Assembly: GCA_963771175.1 (NCBI GenBank) | Contig: CAVYSY010000001.1 | Coordinates: 96,001 to 160,000, forward strand | Source: an uncultured delta proteobacterium | GTDB lineage: Bacteria > Myxococcota > Myxococcia > Myxococcales > Myxococcaceae | Direction of reading: 5' to 3' | DNA length: 64,000 bases | Shown here: piece after piece, positions 51,052 through 64,000 of the stretch | How positions within the stretch are numbered: the stretch's first letter is position 1 | How the letters are laid out: every line of letters starts with the position of its first letter | Translations under genes and position numbers: made by a program | The notes under the pieces: model-generated | Seen by the model: the letters and a program-made list of their open reading frames with translations, nothing else | What the model was told of the DNA's origin: nothing | The model's database searches: none

Positions 51052-52212
51052 ATGTCGCGCCGGTCATCCGCTGACACCTCCCTACCCGGTTCCCCTTCCG
51101 TGGTCCTCGATGCCGGGTTGGCGTCGTACGAGCTCGTCCGGACGTTGGGACAGGGCCACCATGGCGAGCTGCTGCTGGCCCGCCAGCGCTACCACCATGG
51201 GCTCGGGGGTCTCACCCTCCTCAAGCGGCTCAACAAGGTGGCGCGGCAGCTCGACTACCAGCGGCTGGTGGAGGAGGCGCGGCTGGGGGGGCAGCTCCAG
51301 CACCCCAACATCGCCTCCGTGCAGCTCATGTGCGGTACCGCGGAGGAGCCCGTCCTCCTCATCGCCTATGTCGAGGGGGACCTGCTCGGTGACCTGATGC
51401 GTCGGGCGGCCGGGATGGACCTGTCCCTCTCGGAGGCCTTTGCCTGCCATGTGACCGCGGAGGTCGCGGACGCGCTGCACTACGCGCACGCGCTCGTCGA
51501 CGAGAGGGGCCGGTCCCTGGGCATCGTCCACCGGGATGTGACGCCCCAGAGCATCCTCCTCGGTCGCCAGGGCGAGGTGAAGCTGATGGACTTCGGGGGG
51601 GCCTGGTCCCGCCTGGAGGGGCGCATGTCCACGGAGGGGGACACCGACATGGTCCCCCTGGCGTACAGCTCTCCCGAGCGGGTCTCGATGGATCCGCTCG
51701 ACGGGCGCTCGGACCTGTTCTCCCTGGGGCTCGTCTTCCTGCGGCTCCTCACCGGCCGGCACCTCTTCGACGCCGACGCCCGTTACGAGGCCGAGCTGCG
51801 TGCCCGTCAGCTCCGGGCGCGCGGGGACTTCCCCGGGGCCAGCCGGGTGCCGGGGCTCGAGGAGTTGGGCCCCCCTCGCACCACCGACCTGATGCGGCGC
51901 ATCCGCCTCCTGAGCACGCGGCAGGTGGAGGAGGCCACGCGCTCGTTGCCAGAGGGGCTGCGCCCCGTCCTCCACCGGGTGCTGGCGCCGAAGCGGGAGG
52001 ACCGTTACCCAACAGGGGCGGAGCTGAGCCAGGCCCTCCGCGACTACCTGTGGGCATCCGGCCAGCGGTATGGGCGGATGGAGCTGGCGGCGGAGGTGTC
52101 CGCCCTGCACGAGGCCGCCCTGCGGGACGGGGAGGGGGAGCCCTCCGGCGACTCGAAACGGGAGGGGGCGGCGTCTCGGGGACGCCGTAAGGGACCTGTC
52201 AGGGAGTCCTGA
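51052..52212 (+). CDS. Cytoplasmic Ser/Thr protein kinase
   Basis: LGQGHHG, LLKRL, EEARLG, HPNIA, HRDVTPQSIL, DFG, YSSPE, RSDLFSLG. Confidence 0.88.
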   Translation: MSRRSSADTSLPGSPSVVLDAGLASYELVRTLGQGHHGELLLARQRYHHGLGGLTLLKRLNKVARQLDYQRLVEEARLGGQLQHPNIASVQLMCGTAEEPVLLIAYVEGDLLGDLMRRAAGMDLSLSEAFACHVTAEVADALHYAHALVDERGRSLGIVHRDVTPQSILLGRQGEVKLMDFGGAWSRLEGRMSTEGDTDMVPLAYSSPERVSMDPLDGRSDLFSLGLVFLRLLTGRHLFDADARYEAELRARQLRARGDFPGASRVPGLEELGPPRTTDLMRRIRLLSTRQVEEATRSLPEGLRPVLHRVLAPKREDRYPTGAELSQALRDYLWASGQRYGRMELAAEVSALHEAALRDGEGEPSGDSKREGAASRGRRKGPVRES

Positions 52213-52282
52213 CGCTTGGCCAGAAGCCCCGGCCCGTGTTAGTCCGCCGCCTTCCTGCTTCTGTTGGAGAAGGAGTCCGGAG

Positions 52283-52690
52283 ATGGCTCGCCGTCACATC
52301 CGCGTCGTCGGCGCGATGCTTCAGAATTCCGAGGGGCGCTACCTCATCACCCAGCGCCCCCCCAAGGCGACGCTGCCGCTGCTATGGGAGTTCCCGGGCG
52401 GCCGCGTGGAGGAGGGGGAATCGGATGAGCTGGCGCTCGCCCGGGAGATCCGCGAGGAGATGGGCGTGGCCGTGGAGGTGCTGGAGCAGGCTCTCCACAC
52501 CCACCACGATTACCCCACCTACGACATCGACTTCCGCGTCTACCGCTGCCGGCTCACCAGCCCCGAGTCCGCCATCCAGCACCTGCGCGTGCATGACCAC
52601 CGCTGGGTGACGCTCGAGGAGATGTCGAAGTACCAGTTCCCCGACGCCGACGCGAAGACGCTGGCCAAGCTGCTGGGGCTGGAAGGCTGA
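52283..52690 (+). CDS. Nudix hydrolase (MutT/NudG-like)
   Basis: WEFPGGRVEEGESDELALAREIREEMGV Nudix box. Confidence 0.92.
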   Translation: MARRHIRVVGAMLQNSEGRYLITQRPPKATLPLLWEFPGGRVEEGESDELALAREIREEMGVAVEVLEQALHTHHDYPTYDIDFRVYRCRLTSPESAIQHLRVHDHRWVTLEEMSKYQFPDADAKTLAKLLGLEG

Positions 52691-52691
52691 C

Positions 52692-53654
52692 GTGCGGCGT
52701 TGCGCCGTGGTGTTCGCGGGCGTGCTGCTGGGCGCCTGCTCGACGAAGAAGCCGTCGGGCCCCGAGGCCACCACCCAGGCGGTGGATTCACGCTATCCGC
52801 CCGCCGAAGGCCTGCCCGGCTGCACCCTCTACGGGGAGCCGCACGTCACCGGTCGTCCGCCGGACACCGGCCGCGTCCCCCTGGTGCTGGCCGAGATGTC
52901 TGGCCTCGCCGCGAGCACCCGCCACCCGGGCGTCTTGTGGACCCACAACGACTCCGGCAACGCCTTCCAGGTGTTCGCCATCAATGAGCTGGGGGCGGTG
53001 CTCGCCACCCTGACCCTCACGGGCGTCGACGCGACGGCGCTGGGCCGGTTGGACCTCGAGGACATCGCCGTGGGCCCGTGTGCCCCGGGCGATGGGCGCT
53101 CGTGTCTCTACGTCGCCGACATCGGGGACAACTTCGAGCGCCGCAAGCAGGTGCGCCTCTTCCGCTTCCCCGAGCCGGAGCAGGTGGCCGACGCCCCCGT
53201 CACCGTGGAGATGCTGCCCTTCACCTACCCGGACAGGCCGCACGACGCCGAGTCCCTCGTCATTGAGCCGAGGACCGGGCGGCTGGCGGTCATCACCAAG
53301 GAGCGCGCCTCGCTGGGCACCGTCTTCGCGCTGGACGGGCTGGTGCCGGACTCCGTGACGAAGGCCACGCGCCTGGGCGAGCTGCGCACGCCGGGGGATG
53401 TCGACTTCCGCACCACCGCGGCGGACCTCCACGAGTCGGGGCAGCGCCTGCTGCTGCGCACCTATACGCGCGTCTGGGAGGTGCGTCGTCCCGGAGCCAC
53501 CCGCCTGGAGGAGCTCGTCCAGGGGCAGGTGGCCGAGGTGCCCGGTCCGAGCCAGGCCCAGTCCGAGGCCCTCACGTACCTGCCTGGAGGCCGTGCCTAC
53601 CTGCTGGGCTCCGAGTTCGCTGGCCAACTCCTGTACCAGGTGGACTGCCGCTGA
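52692..53654 (+). CDS. Lipoprotein with probable beta-propeller
   Basis: Lipobox LLGAC; EMSGLA, WTHNDSG, DLEDIA, YVADIGDN, HDAESL. Confidence 0.75.
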   Translation: MRRCAVVFAGVLLGACSTKKPSGPEATTQAVDSRYPPAEGLPGCTLYGEPHVTGRPPDTGRVPLVLAEMSGLAASTRHPGVLWTHNDSGNAFQVFAINELGAVLATLTLTGVDATALGRLDLEDIAVGPCAPGDGRSCLYVADIGDNFERRKQVRLFRFPEPEQVADAPVTVEMLPFTYPDRPHDAESLVIEPRTGRLAVITKERASLGTVFALDGLVPDSVTKATRLGELRTPGDVDFRTTAADLHESGQRLLLRTYTRVWEVRRPGATRLEELVQGQVAEVPGPSQAQSEALTYLPGGRAYLLGSEFAGQLLYQVDCR

Positions 53655-53861
53655 TCGGTGTCCCTGGGCGGAGGGTGTCTTGTGGTCGGCATTGGGCCCG
53701 GCCGGATGGACGGGCGGTGTTCCGGCGTTACCTCAAGTACCCAAGGTGTATCTGCATGGCGGGTTGACCGCCGAGCAGGTGTGAACATCTTTGGCCAGCA
53801 GCGAAGTCGTACCACGTACCACCAGGGGTGCGTGGCATGGGGGAGGGGGAGTGCGTCGACG

Positions 53862-55927
<2,066 letters not shown>

Positions 55928-56045
55928 ATCCGCTCGGCGGGCGTCTGGTCGCCTGCCCCCTGAGCTTGCCATCGCCCTTCCACGTCTGCATGTTCTGCGG
56001 TGTGGGAAGGGCGAAATTATCTTGCCCGGGAAGGAGGGAGAGGCC

Positions 56046-56292
56046 GTGGAAAACAGAATCGGTAAGAGCTACATGGCTCGCAAGGCACTCTTCGCCAAGG
56101 GGCTGCGTGAGGGGCGCCTCACGGTGCAGGAGATCGAGGACGGCTCTGCCCGCTGGGACACTCACGGCGGCCGAGCGCTGGTTGCTGTACTACTCGCTCC
56201 GGGCGGCCCAGGTGGAGATCATCGACGAGGTGACCGGTCAGGTGGACCACGGCTTCATGTCCGAGCAGCCCGCCGCCCCCGCCGAGCACTAG
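56046..56292 (+). CDS. Small stand-alone sigma70 region 1.1-like protein; frameshift near 56145
   Basis: [47 protein letters not shown] resembles RpoD region 1.1 (L..GK.QG.LT..EI...LP). Confidence 0.6.
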
Positions 56293-56343
56293 CCGTGTCA
56301 TCGCATACGTTGACACACAGTCGGGGCTGGTTAGGTTCGCCGC

Positions 56344-56967
56344 ATGAACGGCAATCCCCGGACAGATGGGCCGTCCCAGGACGGGACGCAGGCCCAGGAC
56401 GCAGCCAGCACGGCCGCGCCTGAAACGTCCGCCGAGCAGCAGGAGCAGTCGGCCCAGTCGGCCGCGCCGGCGGTGGACCCCGAGCGACAGCGGTTGGAGG
56501 CGGAGCTGGATGCGACCCGGCGCCGCGTGGACGAGCTCGCGCGCGCCTACCAGGAGGTGCAGAAGGATCGCGAGGAGTTCAAGCAGCGCCTCACCCGCGA
56601 GCGTGAGCGGATGATGGACGTGGAGCGCGGCAACGTGGCCACGGCGCTCCTGGAGGCGGTGGACGAGCTGGACCGCAGCCTCTCGATGAGCGGGGCGGAC
56701 AACACCTCGCCCCTGGCGCAGGGCGTGCAGATGATCCGCGACGGGCTGCTCTCGAAGCTGCAGCAGATGGGCATCGAGCGCATCCAGGTGGTGGGCCGGC
56801 CGTACGACCCGAACACCGCCGAGGCCACCGACATGGAGATCACCCCCAACCCCGACGATGACCAGAAGGTCGTGGCCGAGGTGCGGGCGGGTTACAAGCT
56901 GAAGGATCGAATCATCCGTGAGGCGCGCGTGAAGGTGGCGAAGTACGTCGCCCCCGCGCAGGCCTGA
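56344..56967 (+). CDS. grpE: Nucleotide exchange factor GrpE
   Basis: [48 protein letters not shown]. Confidence 0.9.
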   Translation: MNGNPRTDGPSQDGTQAQDAASTAAPETSAEQQEQSAQSAAPAVDPERQRLEAELDATRRRVDELARAYQEVQKDREEFKQRLTRERERMMDVERGNVATALLEAVDELDRSLSMSGADNTSPLAQGVQMIRDGLLSKLQQMGIERIQVVGRPYDPNTAEATDMEITPNPDDDQKVVAEVRAGYKLKDRIIREARVKVAKYVAPAQA

Positions 56968-57080
56968 GTCCCTCCGGGGCTGCTAGGGTGGGGGGTTCCT
57001 CCCCTCGCCCTTCCGCTCCGTGAACGCGGGCCCGGTATTTCGGGAAATAGACGGAGGGGGCGGTTGTTCGAGCCCTCGCC

Positions 57081-58533
57081 ATGGCCCCCGTCGTGACCCG
57101 CCGCTGTCCCTCCCTGACCCCCCTGCTCGTCCTGCTTCCGCTGGTGCTCGCTTCCCGAGCGGGGGCGGACCCGGGAGCGCTCGCCCCGTGGCTCCAGGCT
57201 CGGGCACGGGAGCATGCCTCCTGGGTGGAGGACTCCAGCCCGCGGGCGCAGCGGCCCGATGGGGCTGTGGCGCGAGTGGGGCTCGAAGGAGCCGATGCTG
57301 CCGGGCTTCGTGCCCCCCACCTCGCTGGCGCCGCTCATCCGGGCGGTGGAGGCGGGCGTGGTGAACATCAACATCATGGGCGCGGGGAGCCCGCTGGAGG
57401 GCGCGAGGCGCTCGGCCACGGGCTCGGGCTTCATCCTCACCCCGGACGGGCTGGTGGTGACGAACAACCACGTGGTGGCGCGCCAGGACGTGGGGCGCGG
57501 AGATCGAGGTGCGCCTGTCGGACGGGCGCGAGTTCCCCGCCGAGGTGGTGGGGCGGGACTCCTCCACGGACGTGGCGCTGCTTCGGCTGCTGCGGCAAGG
57601 GCGTGGGCGGGCTGCCGGCGGTGTACCTGGGGGACTCGGACAGGCTGGAGGTGGGCGACTGGGTGGTGGCCATCGGCAACCCGTTCGGGCTGGACCACTC
57701 GGTGTCGCACGGGATGATCTCCGCCAAGGAGCGGGTGATCGGCGTGGGCCTCTTCGACGACTTCATCCAGACGGACGCGCTCATCAACCCGGGCAACTCG
57801 GGCGGGCCGCTCTTCAACATGCGCGGCGAGGTGGTGGGCGTGAACACGGCCATCATCAGCCAGGGGCAGGGCATCGGCTTCGCGGTGCCCATCAACATGG
57901 TGAAGGACCTGCTGCCCAACCTGCGCGAGAACGGTCAGCTCCAGAGCGCGGCTGGCTGGGCGTGGTGCATCGACGAGCAGCCGCAGGTGGGGGCGCGGGC
58001 GGCGGTGGTGAAGGAGGTGTACCGCGAGCAGCCCGGCGGCGAAGGCGGGCATCCGCACGGGGGATCAGGTGGTGGGGGTGAACGGGAAGCAGGTGGACTC
58101 GTACCAGCAGCTGCTGCGCAGGGTGGCGATGCTGGCGCCGGGCACGGAGGCGAAGCTGACGCTCCTGCGCGGTGGGGAGACGCAGGACGTGGTGGTGAAG
58201 CTGTCGGCCCGTCCGGCGCCGGAGGTGCTGGAGGCCCTGGCCAGTCCGGGCAACCTGAGCGAGCTCGGCCTGGTGCTTCGGGACGTCACGCCCGAGGTGG
58301 CGGCGCCCATGGGGCTGCAGCCCTATGAGGGCGTGCTGGTGTCCGGGGTGGTGCCGCGCAGCGTGGCGGCACAGGCCGGGCTGCGGCAGGGAGACGTGGT
58401 GACGGAGGTGAACCGCCGCAAGGTGAAGGACATCGCGGCGGTGAAGGGCGCGCTCGAGCGGGGCGTGGGCGCGGCGGTGCTCCTGCGGGTGCGGCGCGGC
58501 GAGACGCAGCAGTACGTCGCGCTGGAGCCCTGA
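57081..58533 (+). CDS. DegP/HtrA trypsin-like serine protease with PDZ domains; several frameshifts
   Basis: GSGFI...VVTNNHVV, TDVALL, AIGNPFGL, IQTDALINPGNSGGPL, two PDZ domains. Confidence 0.88.
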
Positions 58534-58542
58534 GCCCCGCGG

Positions 58543-59202
58543 CTACTTCTTCTTTCCGCCCGTCTTGCCACCCCCGGAGCCGGGCTCCTCGGCGAACCAC
58601 ATCCCGAGCGGCTCGCCCGTGCGCGCGTGCGTCAGGAGGATGCCCTCCACGCGGGCGGCGACGCCGTACTGCTTCCCGCCGCCCCGCTTGCGCGGGAGGC
58701 TCCACACGCCCTGCGGGGTGAAGACGAGCTGCGCGCGCACCTGGTGTGTGGAGAAGAGGCGCAGGAAGTTGCTGGCGTTCCAGCCCTCGGGCGTGGTGCC
58801 GGTGATGCGCAGCAGCGGCAGCAGCGGGTTGCCCTCCGTGTCCGTCTGCGAGGGCACGCCCTGGGTCATCGCGTAGGCGCCTCCGGGGAAGTACGGGGTG
58901 ACGTGGATGACGTAGTTGCCGGTGCCGGGCTGGTACGGGCCCGGGCTGAGCATGGTCGCCACGTCCTCCCCGACGATCATGTAGAGCTTCTTGTCCTTGT
59001 ACTTCTCGCGGAAGGCCTCGGCCTCCTTGCGGCAGGACGGGCCGGAGAACACGCTGCCGCACTCGCCGATGTACTTCTCCAGGAACGTCGAGAGGCTGCC
59101 CAGGGGCTCGGCTTGATCCCTCAGGCGGGCGAAGCGCGGGTCCACGTCCGCCAGGGCGAACACGGGCAACAGCAGGACGGCGGCCAGGATGAGTCGTCTC
59201 AC
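58543..59202 (-). CDS. Secreted hypothetical protein, myxobacterial (possibly DUF6066)
   Basis: Signal peptide MRRLILAAVLLLPVFALA, one Cys pair, good codon bias. The DUF label is from recall only. Confidence 0.7.
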   Translation of the reverse strand: MRRLILAAVLLLPVFALADVDPRFARLRDQAEPLGSLSTFLEKYIGECGSVFSGPSCRKEAEAFREKYKDKKLYMIVGEDVATMLSPGPYQPGTGNYVIHVTPYFPGGAYAMTQGVPSQTDTEGNPLLPLLRITGTTPEGWNASNFLRLFSTHQVRAQLVFTPQGVWSLPRKRGGGKQYGVAARVEGILLTHARTGEPLGMWFAEEPGSGGGKTGGKKK

Positions 59203-59378
59203 GCGGAGGGCACTCCAGGGGGTGGAAAGGGGAGGCCGATGGTGCCACCCCGGGCCGCTTCAAGCACCGGTGATGTAGGTACGTAGCGGTACGTGCTGGT
59301 ATGGGCTGGTGGATATTTTGACTACATGTCCGCACCATGTAGTTTCCGTGTCACCTTCCACCTACCCGGAGGCCTCAC

Positions 59379-61421
<2,043 letters not shown>

Positions 61422-61651
61422 GTGTAAAATCGCTCCTTGGGGTGAGGCGATTGTTAGGTAGAGGCGGGGCCCTTATGTGCATAGCAGCCACATGGGGTCA
61501 ACCGCTGGCCCGCGTTGTTTGGAACCAAACTGTCAGTTGTTTCAGGTAGTTAGCCAACGCGGCGTGTCAATTCACCGGGGGTGCTTGCCTGTCTGCTCCC
61601 TGGGACCGGGTGGGGGCGTGGAGGCGGAGCGGGGCGGGATGAAAGAAGTGC

Positions 61652-61680
61652 TTGCCGTGGTTGGGGCAGCGTGGTACTTC
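61652..61680 (+). promoter_or_regulatory. Putative sigma70 promoter of the tRNA gene
   Basis: TTGCCG-N17-TACTTC about 40 bp upstream of the tRNA. Confidence 0.5.
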
Positions 61681-61719
61681 GCCCGCCCACATCGGTGACG
61701 CCAAAAGCGTCGCCCCTGT

Positions 61720-61795
<76 letters not shown>

Positions 61796-61804
61796 AGAAA
61801 AACG

Positions 61805-61844
61805 AGGGCTTGGGAGGCAGTTCGCCCCCAAGCCCTTTTTCTTT
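61805..61844 (+). terminator. Rho-independent terminator after the tRNA
   Basis: AGGGCTTGGG...CCCAAGCCCT stem followed by TTTTCTTT. Confidence 0.75.
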
Positions 61845-62125
61845 GTTGCCGCTGTGGAGAAGGAAGCGAAGGAGGCAGCAGGGCGCGCGGAGGTTAGGAC
61901 GGACCCCGAAGAGGCGCAGACCAACGCCCCGCTCCGCGACAGCACGAGCCTCGCCAAGCGGGTCCGAAAAGAAGGACGAGCCGCAGTAGGCCGGGAATTC
62001 AAGAGCTTCCTTGAAGTTGCCCGGATTCTAGGGGCCACCGGTGGACGAGGGACGGCCGAAGCGCTGCGTGGCGTCGGTCGGCGGCTAACCGTTGTAGGAA
62101 CCTCGCAGCCAGCTGTAAAAGCCGG

Positions 62126-63421
62126 CTAGGCCCGTGCCTGCGGTGCGTCGGGCAGCGTCGCCTCGACGTCTCGGATGAGCGGATTCATCCAGGCCCAGGT
62201 GGTGAAGCCAAGCGTCACCAGCCCCATGAGCGCCATGATGACGGCCACTCCGCGGCCCGCGCCGACTCCGAAGAGCGGTCCCAGCCAGTCGGCGAGCCGT
62301 CCCTCGGGCCTCATCGCCGGCTCGAACACCGCGTCGGACAGCGGCCCGGACAGTGCGAAGGCCAGTGGCAGCGTCGCCCCCAGCACCAGCCGGCGCGCGG
62401 CGAACACTCGCCCTTGCAGCGCCGCCGGCACCTTCACCTGCCAGATGGCCTGCACCGCCGAGTTCACCAGCGGGCTGGCGAACCCCACCGCGAAGGCGCA
62501 GGCACCCACGCCCAGCGCGCTCCGCGCGGCGCCGCCCGCACCGAGCGCCACCGCCATCAACAGCCCGCCTGCCCACACCGCCTGGACCCGCCTCCGCGGC
62601 CCGCCCCGGGCCGCCACCAGCCCAGCCCCGGCCAGCATCCCTACGCCTGCGGCCGACATCACCCCTCCGAAGGCCGCCGCCGTCGACAGCGACAGCACCA
62701 GCGGGAGGAGCAGCACCGTGGCCATGCCCAGCGCGAAGTTGATGGCGGCCTGTATCACCAAGGTGCCCAGGAGCCCGGGCCGCTCACCGACGTAGCCAAT
62801 GCCGAAGCGCCACGAGGTCGCCTCTCGCTTGGGCGCCTCCCCGGCCTCCGGCACCTCGGTCAGGGCCACCGCGGTCAGCGCGAAGACGAACGTCAGGGCG
62901 TTGACGACCAACACGCCCGAGAGCCCGATGCCCGCCAAGAGCGCCCCGGCCGCTGACGGCGCCACGAGCTGCGCCAAGGCCTGGCCGGTCTGCTGCGCCC
63001 CGCTGGCCCGGGCCAGCTGCGTCGGCGGCACCAGGAGCGTGGTGGCCGCCTCGAAGGCGAGCCCGTGAAACGCCGCGACGAGCGAGTTCACCGCCGAGAG
63101 CACCCCGATGTGCCACAGCTCGAGTTGCCCGGCGAGGCCGAGCGCCGCGACCAGGCCCGTGCTGACGGCCGACGCGAGGTTGCCCAGCCGCATCACCGTG
63201 CCCCGCTCCAGCCGGTCGACCACCTGCCCAGCGAAGGGCGACACCAGGAGGCCGGGGAGGATGGCGGCCAGGGAGATGAGCGCGTAGGTGGTGACGGTGC
63301 GCGTCTGTTGGAACGCGTGAATGGAGACAACAAAGCCCGACAGCAGGCTGCCCAACAGCGACATCGTCTCTCCGGTGAGGATGACGGGAAAGGCGGCCCC
63401 GCCTCGGATGAGCCGCCTCAC
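62126..63421 (-). CDS. MFS exporter (DHA3/macrolide-efflux-like, often associated with NRPS clusters)
   Basis: About 12 TMs, GQVVDRLER motif A, QVKVPAALQGRVF; GTG start overlaps the thioesterase stop. Confidence 0.88.
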   Translation of the reverse strand: MRRLIRGGAAFPVILTGETMSLLGSLLSGFVVSIHAFQQTRTVTTYALISLAAILPGLLVSPFAGQVVDRLERGTVMRLGNLASAVSTGLVAALGLAGQLELWHIGVLSAVNSLVAAFHGLAFEAATTLLVPPTQLARASGAQQTGQALAQLVAPSAAGALLAGIGLSGVLVVNALTFVFALTAVALTEVPEAGEAPKREATSWRFGIGYVGERPGLLGTLVIQAAINFALGMATVLLLPLVLSLSTAAAFGGVMSAAGVGMLAGAGLVAARGGPRRRVQAVWAGGLLMAVALGAGGAARSALGVGACAFAVGFASPLVNSAVQAIWQVKVPAALQGRVFAARRLVLGATLPLAFALSGPLSDAVFEPAMRPEGRLADWLGPLFGVGAGRGVAVIMALMGLVTLGFTTWAWMNPLIRDVEATLPDAPQARA

Positions 63422-64000
63422 TGGGCTACCACCCACGGGCGCAGCACGCCCTCGAGCTCCCGGAGGACGGCCTGGCGGTTGTGCAGCACGAAGAAGTGGC
63501 CGCCCTCCACCGTCACCGCCCGGAAGGGGCCGCCGGCGTGGCCGCGCCAGGCCTCCAGCGCGCCGGGCGGCGCGAGGGCGTCGGCCGTGCCGCCCATCGC
63601 CAACAACGGGCATCGCACCGCCGTCCCCGGAGCCACGGAGTGCGTCTCGTCCACCGCGAGGTCCGCCCGTAGCACCGGCAGTATCATCCGCATGAGCTCG
63701 TCGTTCTCCAGCACCTCGTCAGGGGTTCCGCCCAGCCGCTTGATGGCGTCGCGGAACGCCCCGTCGGGCAGCGTGTGCATCGGCGCGTGCTCCCGAACCG
63801 ACGGCGCCGCCCGCCCCGAGGCCACCAGGTGCTTGAGCTCGACGGCGCCGTCGGCTTCGAGCCGCCGCGCCAGCTCGAAGGCGACCAGGGCCCCGATGCT
63901 GTGGCCGAACAGCACCACCGGCAGCTCTCCCAGCGGGCGGAGCGCCTCGGCCAGCGCCTCCACCACCGGCGCCATCCGGGTCAACGCTGGCTCCTTGAAG
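63418..64000 (-). CDS. Type II thioesterase (5' end beyond the window)
   Basis: LFGHSIGALVAFELAR, GGTPDEVL...LPVLRADL, GGHFF. Confidence 0.92.
   Translation of the reverse strand, partial: FKEPALTRMAPVVEALAEALRPLGELPVVLFGHSIGALVAFELARRLEADGAVELKHLVASGRAAPSVREHAPMHTLPDGAFRDAIKRLGGTPDEVLENDELMRMILPVLRADLAVDETHSVAPGTAVRCPLLAMGGTADALAPPGALEAWRGHAGGPFRAVTVEGGHFFVLHNRQAVLRELEGVLRPWVVAQ

Overview
High-GC window from a myxobacterium. The exoA-I spore-coat cluster, a MYXO-CTERM protein, several Ser/Thr kinases and the ftsH-grpE-degP block point to Cystobacterineae (Archangium/Cystobacter/Stigmatella-like); this is an inference. Many conserved genes carry apparent frameshifts, concentrated at about 16.9-30 kb and 54-61.2 kb. 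These look like sequencing/assembly indels, so such genes are reported as reconstructed CDSs with approximate limits. Contents in order: ECF sigma/anti-sigma/Spy-like trio, APC permease, EVE protein, amidase, a small secreted six-Cys peptide, alpha-2-macroglobulin, a kinase-TPR-Gly-rich lipoprotein cassette, a PQQ-type sugar dehydrogenase-like MYXO-CTERM protein, a giant RCC1-repeat lipoprotein, msrA, glycogen debranching enzyme and treZ, exoA-I interrupted by an antisense flavoprotein gene, ccmH/ccmI, an XRE-kinase divergent pair with three palindromic operator-like boxes, nudix, ftsH, grpE, degP, PilZ, gdhA, tRNA-Thr(CGT), then an MFS and type II thioesterase marking the edge of a probable biosynthetic cluster. 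The best candidate for an undescribed system is at 42.6-48.8 kb. There a membrane-anchored pseudokinase-nucleotide cyclase-TPR fusion is transcribed divergently from a B12-dependent RiPP-type radical SAM enzyme and a small (~110 aa) orphan ORF that may be its peptide substrate. All family assignments come from motif recognition, not database searches.
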